A stretch of 64,000 nt of DNA, taken from the NCBI GenBank assembly GCA_017512145.1, contig JAFWHB010000003.1, forward strand, positions 7,629-71,628, written 5' to 3'. The translations under genes were made by a program, and so were the position numbers. Below are positions 57,589-64,000 of this stretch, one piece after another; within the stretch, counting starts at the first letter, position 1; each line of letters opens with the position of its first letter. This stretch comes from Mogibacterium sp. GTDB taxonomy: Bacteria > Bacillota > Clostridia > Peptostreptococcales > Anaerovoracaceae. The notes beneath the pieces are model-generated. The model did not search any database, was not told the origin of the DNA, and saw nothing but the letters and a program-made list of their open reading frames with translations.

Positions 57589-58146
57589 ATGCCAGAAATA
57601 ACAGTTTGGACCAAACAGAATGCAGCGGTCATTGACCAGCTTGAGACAGCGGGAAGATTTATAGCGGATGAACGGTATATACACATGGATCTAGAAGACA
57701 CGGCCGACATCATGCTGTTTATCTACCGCTGGCTCTCTGATCACATGCCTGCTGTTTCTGTAAGGCCTCCGGATGTCTTATTTCCGGTTTGGGTCTCCTT
57801 TAACAAGGAGGCAACTATGAGACCTGAGAACGGGTTTGCTGTTCTCGAGCTCAGAGTCCGGGAGGAGCTTGTGACTCCGGTCAACATTGAGAAGTGGACA
57901 CGGATAACCAACTACTCATACATAGCGCTCGATGAAGAGGATGCAGCTGAGCATAACAGCCTTCTCAGGAACATGGGAATAAACAATGCTCAGGCTGTAA
58001 TGACAGATTTCTATCCGGAAATAAAGAGAAAGATAATCGCAAGCTGGGACAGGCTTTTTGACGATAACGTAAAGGCAGGAAACAGCAATGCTTACGGACT
58101 GATGTGGGAGGTCAGAAGAGAATGGGTACAGAATGTGACCGTATAA
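57589..58146 (+). CDS. Uncharacterised protein, paralog 1 of 3 (size and shape reminiscent of DUF3841; not verifiable here)
   Basis: Shares FPVW, FYPEIKRKIIASW and WEVRREW blocks with the two neighbouring ORFs. Lies 68 nt downstream of grdB with no terminator. Confidence 0.6.
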   Translation: MPEITVWTKQNAAVIDQLETAGRFIADERYIHMDLEDTADIMLFIYRWLSDHMPAVSVRPPDVLFPVWVSFNKEATMRPENGFAVLELRVREELVTPVNIEKWTRITNYSYIALDEEDAAEHNSLLRNMGINNAQAVMTDFYPEIKRKIIASWDRLFDDNVKAGNSNAYGLMWEVRREWVQNVTV

Positions 58147-58718
58147 TACTCTATTCACCTCAGGCTGAACCTGTATGGGATGCTGTCATGAATGACGGTA
58201 CAGCATACTCCCGGAGAGAATACATATATAAGAAATACGAAGAAAGTGCAGGAATATTCCTCACTGCTTATGACGCATATATTCGTGAAGCAGACAAGAT
58301 AGTACCGAGGCCTGAGCCATGGGCATATCCGTACTGGGCATTTGCTTCAATGCAGCAGGTCGATCTGTCGGGCGGCGGCAGGGTCATGAAGCTGTCTGTT
58401 CCGGTGGATGAAACGGTTTTGTTCGATCAGTACGACTGGTACAAAGTTCTCCGGCTTTCATACATCGGAAGCAATGCCAAGGATGAAGCGGAATTCAGGC
58501 GTGAACTCGAGAGGAGAGGTATCAAGGATCCCTCTGAGGCGGTACTCAGACCTTTTTATCCGGATATTAAAAGGAAGATAACAGATAGCTGGAAGAAAAT
58601 CTTCCGGTATGACGAAGAAATAAAGAAGGCCATCGTGAGCGGCAGAAATCCTGATGCCGGAGGAGTAAGAGCAATTCAGGCAGGACTCTGGTGCATCAAA
58701 AAAGAGTGGCTTATATAA
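58122..58718 (+). CDS. Uncharacterised protein, paralog 2 of 3
   Basis: YPYW, FYPDIKRKITDSW and WCIKKEWLI blocks. GGGAGG RBS 10 nt upstream of the ATG at 58122. Overlaps paralog 1 by 25 nt. Confidence 0.6.
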   Translation: MGTECDRIILYSPQAEPVWDAVMNDGTAYSRREYIYKKYEESAGIFLTAYDAYIREADKIVPRPEPWAYPYWAFASMQQVDLSGGGRVMKLSVPVDETVLFDQYDWYKVLRLSYIGSNAKDEAEFRRELERRGIKDPSEAVLRPFYPDIKRKITDSWKKIFRYDEEIKKAIVSGRNPDAGGVRAIQAGLWCIKKEWLI

Positions 58719-58725
58719 GCCACTC
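58704..58725. repeat. Perfect 22-bp palindrome GAGTGGCTTATATAAGCCACTC at the convergent gene ends
   Basis: Read on either strand it encodes E-W-L-I-stop. The two convergent paralogs overlap by 8 nt inside it. Confidence 0.95.
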
Positions 58726-59256
58726 TGCATGAAGCTCCCAGCAAAGGCCAACGATCCTGGACGGATCCTGAGGCCTGACAGTATATATTCCTTCCCAGCT
58801 TCTGAGAACTTTCTGCTTAAGAAGAGGGTAGAAGTTGCCGGCACTGCCGTTTATAAGAGAAGCCGGATTCGATATCCCGTATCTTGCAAGCTCGGCTTCG
58901 TGGGCGAGCTCATCTGATTCATCGGCCGGATAGTATATGTGATTGATCATATGCTCCCAGACTTCATCGTTGGCGAGTATGTAACTGCCGGCGGGAATAT
59001 CCAGTCTGAGGAAAACAGAATCGGACGACTCGGGAATAGCATCTGTACCCTCAGGACTCAGCCATACAGGATACAGAAGACCGTCCGGAATGCTGATCCT
59101 GGACTTCGCCATTGAGGTCAGAAGACGGTACAGAGACGCATAGTGATCAGTGATAGTTGTGTATTTCTGACGGACGAAGTCTTCGCGGACTGTGTACACA
59201 CCCTTAGTGCGAAGATCCTCGAGGACCTGAGGATCCTGCCTGGTTACAAAAATCAT
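58711..59256 (-). CDS. Uncharacterised protein, paralog 3 of 3
   Basis: YPVW, FYPLLKQKVLRSW and WELHAEWLI blocks. Its ATG overlaps the TGA of the upstream TetR gene (ATGA). Confidence 0.6.
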   Translation of the reverse strand: MIFVTRQDPQVLEDLRTKGVYTVREDFVRQKYTTITDHYASLYRLLTSMAKSRISIPDGLLYPVWLSPEGTDAIPESSDSVFLRLDIPAGSYILANDEVWEHMINHIYYPADESDELAHEAELARYGISNPASLINGSAGNFYPLLKQKVLRSWEGIYTVRPQDPSRIVGLCWELHAEWLI

Positions 59257-59924
59257 ATTAATGCCACCTTCCTGCATGCATCGAGCATTCGTGCAGTCTG
59301 AGACTCCGGAGTGACACCGCGGTCATTGCCCAGTAGCTGGGTCAGAAGGGCATAGAAGAATGCAACAGTCATGTCATTGCTAAGAATGATGTCGTTATCA
59401 GGTACACGGCCTTCAAGAAGAGGCACGAGCAGCATAAGGTTTCTGTCCTGCAGGCTTGTTGCTCTGAACATAGCTTCAAGAAAGACGTCAGATGAGGTGT
59501 CTCTTTCAGGAGGAAACAGGTCTAAATATTCCTTGAGGACGGAAGGAAGATCCTCACTGTGACGACTGAAGAAAAGAATGTTGAATTCATCAGGATTTGA
59601 AAAAGCATGCTTGCAGAAAATCTCCCACGACAGCATGTATATGTCCGCATCGTAGGATTCATCAGTGTCAGGATCCATATGACTGGATGAATTGACCATG
59701 TCGTTTGTATATTCCTGAAGCGCATGCACGCACGCAAACAGAACCACTTCATCTATGTCTCTGAAATAACGATAGATGAGAGCGCTGTTCATACCGACAC
59801 GGCTTCCGAGAGATCTTGCCGATACGGACGGGATGCCGGATTCATGAATCATTTCCATTGCACACTGAATCAGAGATATTTTGTTGTTTCTTATAGTCTC
59901 TGCGGACATAGATGGTCTGCCCAT
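59253..59924 (-). CDS. grdR: TetR-family transcriptional regulator (GrdR-like, divergent from grdI)
   Basis: N-terminal TetR HTH (SVSARSLGSRVGMNSALIYRYF). Divergent arrangement with the betaine-type module. Confidence 0.75.
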   Translation of the reverse strand: MGRPSMSAETIRNNKISLIQCAMEMIHESGIPSVSARSLGSRVGMNSALIYRYFRDIDEVVLFACVHALQEYTNDMVNSSSHMDPDTDESYDADIYMLSWEIFCKHAFSNPDEFNILFFSRHSEDLPSVLKEYLDLFPPERDTSSDVFLEAMFRATSLQDRNLMLLVPLLEGRVPDNDIILSNDMTVAFFYALLTQLLGNDRGVTPESQTARMLDACRKVALI

Positions 59925-60032
59925 ATTTACACACCTTCCATATGCATTTGGTCTATTAAGTACAGTTTAACAACTCTCGTATGTTTGTTACAAGTATTTA
60001 ATGCCTGTTAATTAAACTTGTTAAAAAAATAC

Positions 60033-60061
60033 TTTACAGTTCAATAGTTTTTTTCTATAAT
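60033..60061 (+). promoter_or_regulatory. Sigma-70-type promoter for the grdI operon
   Basis: TTTACA, 17-nt spacer, TATAAT. Confidence 0.5.
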
Positions 60062-60119
60062 TCACGTAAAGAAAACGCGTTTAATAAACAAGTTTTCAAT
60101 TAATGTAGCTACATAAACC

Positions 60120-60150
60120 ATACATCGCTATCTCTAACGTACATCGCTAT
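60120..60150 (+). repeat. 12-nt perfect direct repeat TACATCGCTATC x2 in the grdI leader
   Basis: Copies at 60120-60131 and 60139-60150, just upstream of the RBS. Confidence 0.9.
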
Positions 60151-60186
60151 CGCTTTTAAGTATTTCAGCAAGAAAGGAGTACGTAA

Positions 60187-61515
60187 ATGAAACTCAAGAT
60201 CGGCAACATCCAGGTCAAGGATGTAGTTCTTGGCGCTCAGGACAGCTTTGCTGATGGCATTCTTACCATCAATAAGCAGGCAGCAATCGACTATCTTATG
60301 GACTTGGACGATCATATTACAAGTCTCGATATAGTTATCGCTCACCCTGGTGACGACACAAGAATCGTTCCTGTAATTGAGACAATCGAACCAAGAATGA
60401 GAGTTGACGGAAGAACTCTCTTCCCGGGAGTAACTGACGAAGTAGTACCTGCAGGTGACGGAGAACTCAAGGCTCTTAAGGGCTGCTGTGTAACAGTAGT
60501 TGGCGGAACATGGGGTTCCTTCGGTGACGGAGTCATCGACATGGGCGGTGAAGGTGCAAAGCACACTTACTGGTCCAAGCTCATCAACATCTGCCTCGTA
60601 GGTGAGACTGACGAAGAGTTCGAACGTTATGAACAGCAGAAGATGAACCATGCTCTCAGATGGGCAGGCCACAGATTTGCTGAGTATCTCGGAAAAATCG
60701 CTAAATCTGTAGCTGCAGAAGACTTCGAAGAGTATGAATTTGAACCTGTAGCAGACAGAGCTAAGAAGAACAATGGTCTTCCTAATGTAGCCATCGTACT
60801 GCAGCCACAGTCACAGATGGAGGCACTTGGATACAACGACCTCTGGTACGGATGGGACCTGAACAAGTTCCTGCCTACATTCGTAAGCCCTACAGAAGTT
60901 CTCGATGGCGCTATGATCTCCGGATCATTCATGCCGGCATCCTCAAAGTGGTCAACATATGAGATGCAGAACTTCCCGACAATCAAGGAACTCTTCGCAG
61001 AAGACGGCAAGAGCCTGAACTTCGTAGGAGTCATCCTCTCGATGCTCAACGTAGCACTCGATCAGAAGGAAAGAGCTGCAATCATGGTAAGAAGCATGGC
61101 ACTCAACCTCGGCGTTGACTACGCTATCGTAACCGAAGAAGGATACGGCAACCCGGATGCAGACTATGTACGCTGCCAGGTCATCCTCGAAGATGCAGGC
61201 ATCCCTGTAGTAGGTATTTCCAACGAGTGTACAGGCCGTGACGGATTCTCACAGCCGCTTGTAACACTCGATTCAAAGATGAATGCACTTGTTTCCTCAG
61301 GAAATGTATCTCAGCTTTCTGATCTTCCTGCTTGCAAGACAGTTATCGGATGTCTTGAAGCTATGAACAGAGACGGCATGTCCGGCAGCTGGGGCTATGA
61401 TGAGAAGCTCGGTAAGTCTGCAAGAGACGACGGCTCAATCATCATGGAAGACAACAACTGGTTCTGCGGAGACCACATCAGCGGATTCTCAGTTAAGACA
61501 ATGAAGGAATTTTAG
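60187..61515 (+). CDS. grdI: Component B large subunit, GrdI type (betaine reductase-like; lacks the self-cleavage Cys)
   Basis: Paralog of grdE. The aligned site reads SGSFMPAS instead of SGNCVSAC. Lies between a TetR regulator and a BCCT transporter. Confidence 0.7.
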   Translation: MKLKIGNIQVKDVVLGAQDSFADGILTINKQAAIDYLMDLDDHITSLDIVIAHPGDDTRIVPVIETIEPRMRVDGRTLFPGVTDEVVPAGDGELKALKGCCVTVVGGTWGSFGDGVIDMGGEGAKHTYWSKLINICLVGETDEEFERYEQQKMNHALRWAGHRFAEYLGKIAKSVAAEDFEEYEFEPVADRAKKNNGLPNVAIVLQPQSQMEALGYNDLWYGWDLNKFLPTFVSPTEVLDGAMISGSFMPASSKWSTYEMQNFPTIKELFAEDGKSLNFVGVILSMLNVALDQKERAAIMVRSMALNLGVDYAIVTEEGYGNPDADYVRCQVILEDAGIPVVGISNECTGRDGFSQPLVTLDSKMNALVSSGNVSQLSDLPACKTVIGCLEAMNRDGMSGSWGYDEKLGKSARDDGSIIMEDNNWFCGDHISGFSVKTMKEF

Positions 61516-61533
61516 AGGAAGGGAGGCAGATCA

Positions 61534-62850
61534 ATGAAGAAAGTAATTTGTTACGTCAACCAGTTCTTCGGCGGAATCGGCGGAGAAGACAAGGCTGACC
61601 AGGAACCATACATCGTTGAAGGCGTTGTAGGTCCTACAATGGCGATCAATGCAGCCCTCAAGGATGCAGAGGTTACTCATACTGTAGTATGCGGTGACAA
61701 CTTCATGGGATCCAATACTGAAGAAGCTCTTTCGAGAATCATGGGATTCCTCGAAGGCAAAGAGATGGATCTCTTCATCGCAGGTCCTGCTTTCCAGGCC
61801 GGACGTTATGGCGTTGCATGCGGTAATGTCTGCAAAGCAGTTAAGGAAAAGTTCGGAGTTCCTGTACTCACATCAATGAATGGTGAGAACCCGGGAGCTG
61901 ACATGTTCAAGAAAGACGTAATCATCTTCAAGGGCGGCACAGGCGCTGTAAAGATGAGACAGGACGTCAAAGTTCTGACCAACTTCGCTAATAAGCTTCT
62001 TGCCGGCGAGCCTAACCTCGGATGCGAAGCAGAAGGTTATTTCGAAAGAGGATGCAGACACGAAGTATTCCTTGAGGACATCAGAGAGAACACCGCTGCT
62101 TACAGAGGCATTCAGATGCTCAAGAAGAAGATGGCAGGCGAGCCTTATCAGACAGAGCTTATTATCCCTGAGAAGGATCTCGTTCCTATCGCACCTGCAA
62201 TTGAACTTAAGGACGCTGTAGTTGCTCTCGTAACTACATCCGGCTGCGTACCTGTAGAGAACCCTGACAGAATTCAGTCAGCATCCGCTACAAGATGGGG
62301 CAGATACAGCATCAAGGATATGGACAGACTCGAAGCTGGCGTATTCAAGACAATCCATGCTGGTTATGACCCTGCAGCAGGTAATGCAGACCCTAACGTA
62401 CTCGTTCCGCTCGATGCTGTAAGAGCATATGAGAAGGAAGGCAAGTTCGCAAGACTGCATGACTACTTCTACACAACAGTAGGTACCGGTACAACAGAAG
62501 CTGAAGCTACAAGAATGGCAGAGGAAATGGTTCCTTATCTCCGCGAAGATGGGGTTAACGCTATTATCCTCGGCTCAACCTGAGGAACCTGTACTCGTTG
62601 CGGCGCAACGATGGTTAAGGCTCTTGAGAGAGCAGGCTTCAACGTTGTACATATGTGCAACCTGATCCCAGTATCGATGACAGTCGGAGCTAACAGAATC
62701 GTTCCTACTATCTCGATCCCATATCCTCTCGGCGATCCTAATACACCGAAGGAAGAACAGTGGAAGCTGCGTTATCACAGAGTAGGTGTTGCTCTTGATG
62801 CAATCGCCACTGACGTTACAGAACAGACTGTTTTCAAGGTAAGAATCTAG
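61534..62850 (+). CDS. grdH: Selenoprotein B paralog, GrdH type, with in-frame UGA = Sec at codon 350
   Basis: ORFs 61534-62583 and 62611-62850 are in the same frame. The junction reads ILGST-U-GTCTRCGATMV. Confidence 0.8.
62586..62616 (+). promoter_or_regulatory. SECIS-like hairpin downstream of the grdH UGA
   Basis: Same hairpin as at 57262-57292 with a single C/T difference. Confidence 0.7.
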
Positions 62851-62863
62851 TAGGTGACATGCC

Positions 62864-64000
62864 ATGAAAGGGACAAAGAGCAACATGGTGTTCATTATCT
62901 CGGTCGTACTGACTCTGGCAATTTGCCTGTGGGGAATCATTCTCCCGGACAGTTTCGGAGTCGCAGCAACCGGCAGCATGAACTTCCTGACCACTAATTT
63001 TGGCTGGTTCTACGCAGTTGCAATGACAGCTTTCGTGGCGTTCTGTATCTGGATAGGGTTCTTCAGCAAATACAAAAATGTTCGTTTGGGACCTGATGAT
63101 TCGACGCCTGACTACAGCGACCTGTCATGGTTCGCAATGCTGTTTTCTGCCGGCATGGGCGTAGGTTTGGTGTTCTGGGGTGTAGCAGAACCTCTGAACT
63201 ACTACCTCGCTCCTATAGGGGGGCTGGAATCAGCTTCAGACGAAGCAATGAGAATGGCTTTCACAAAGTCATTCCTGCACTGGGGCATTCACCCGTGGGC
63301 GAATTACTCAGTTCTCGCTCTTGCACTTGCATACATGCAGTTCCGCAAGGGCAAACCGGCTCTGGTGAGCTCGGTATTCATTCCTCTGATCGGAGAGAAG
63401 AGAACGAACGGATGGATCGGTAAAGTTATCGACATCCTCGCGATCTTCGCAACAGCAGGAGGAGTGGCAACTTCACTGGGACTCGGTGTCCTTCAGATCA
63501 ATTCAGGAATGAATTTCCTCGGAGGAATACCTGAGAACCACATGGTACAGCTCATCCTGATCGTTGTACTTGGTGTTATCTACACCATCACAGCGGTCAT
63601 GGGAGTAGAAAAAGGTATCAGCAAAGTCTGTGACCTCAACATAAGAATCGCGATAGGCGTTATGCTCCTGCTGTTCATCATCGGTCCGACAGTTCCGATT
63701 CTGAACAACCTGACAGAAGGACTCGGAGCTTATATCAGCGGCATCATTTCCAACACCTTTGAAGTAGGTGCTTTCGGAGACGCTGACTGGTACAAGTCCT
63801 GGACAACCTTCTACTGGGCATGGTGGATCGCCTGGGCACCATTCACTGGTTCCTTTATCGCGAGAATATCGAGAGGCAGGACAATAGGACAGTTCGTCAA
63901 GGGAGTAATGTTCATCCCGGCCGGATTCTCAATAATCTGGTTTGCGATCTACGGAACTCTCGGAATGAAGTGTGATCTGTCTGTAATTGAAGAGGCAGTT
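62864..64000 (+). CDS. BCCT-family (betaine/carnitine/choline) transporter, 3' end outside window
   Basis: Hand translation from the ATG at 62864 stays open to the window end. It contains SWFAMLFSAGMGVGLVFWGVAEP, a BCCT hallmark. Absent from the ORF track because no stop lies in the window. Confidence 0.85.
   Translation, partial: MKGTKSNMVFIISVVLTLAICLWGIILPDSFGVAATGSMNFLTTNFGWFYAVAMTAFVAFCIWIGFFSKYKNVRLGPDDSTPDYSDLSWFAMLFSAGMGVGLVFWGVAEPLNYYLAPIGGLESASDEAMRMAFTKSFLHWGIHPWANYSVLALALAYMQFRKGKPALVSSVFIPLIGEKRTNGWIGKVIDILAIFATAGGVATSLGLGVLQINSGMNFLGGIPENHMVQLILIVVLGVIYTITAVMGVEKGISKVCDLNIRIAIGVMLLLFIIGPTVPILNNLTEGLGAYISGIISNTFEVGAFGDADWYKSWTTFYWAWWIAWAPFTGSFIARISRGRTIGQFVKGVMFIPAGFSIIWFAIYGTLGMKCDLSVIEEAV

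Noticed and set aside
63127-63423. A 98-aa ORF inside the BCCT transporter region.
   Set aside because: It is out of frame with, and fully contained in, the much longer open frame that carries the BCCT hallmark motif.
1-64000. Search for CRISPR arrays, transposases, integrases, prophage genes and toxin-antitoxin pairs.
   Set aside because: I found no regularly spaced direct repeats. No ORF carries DDE/serine/tyrosine recombinase or phage structural signatures.

Overview
This is a chromosomal segment from an anaerobic, amino-acid-fermenting Bacillota (Clostridia-like) genome with moderate GC. About 57 protein genes, one tRNA and several cis-regulatory RNAs can be supported. I found no transposase, integrase, CRISPR array or phage genes.

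Most of 9.7-53 kb is housekeeping, much of it in synteny typical of Bacillota:
- an OmpR/HK two-component system
- pckA, an Lrp regulator and an asparaginase fusion
- nadE, yhaM, recD2, comFC and hpf
- an LCP protein, cdaA and cdaR
- gltX, hslO and xth
- rpsT, lepA, hemW and glpK
- tRNA-Glu

The less ordinary parts are:
1. **54.1-64 kb, two reductase component-B modules.** Each carries an in-frame UGA (Sec) followed by a nearly identical SECIS-like hairpin. One is glycine-type (glycine-riboswitch-like leader, grdX-grdE-grdB). The other is betaine-type (grdR, grdI-grdH, BCCT transporter). Between them sit three paralogous uncharacterised genes of about 180-200 aa that are translationally coupled to their neighbours. 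Two of these converge on a perfect 22-bp palindrome that encodes both C-termini.
2. **28.8-32.7 kb, a glycyl-radical enzyme cassette.** A GRE plus its activase lies between comFC and hpf. A roughly 185-nt GC-rich structured RNA candidate (raiA-motif-like position) follows comFC directly.
3. **5.3-9.6 kb, an orphan dehydratase cluster.** A 2-hydroxyacyl-CoA-dehydratase-family gene pair has no activator or CoA-transferase nearby. It is followed by an untracked 51-aa membrane micro-ORF and a guanidino-group-modifying (CtlX-like) enzyme, and preceded by a degenerate membrane-protein remnant under a consensus promoter.
4. **2.1-5.3 kb.** An orphan hypA is coupled to an Fe-S flavoprotein, followed by a VWA/metallopeptidase-like protein and a MoxR-type AAA+ pair.

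All family assignments come from motif recognition by eye. No database search was possible.
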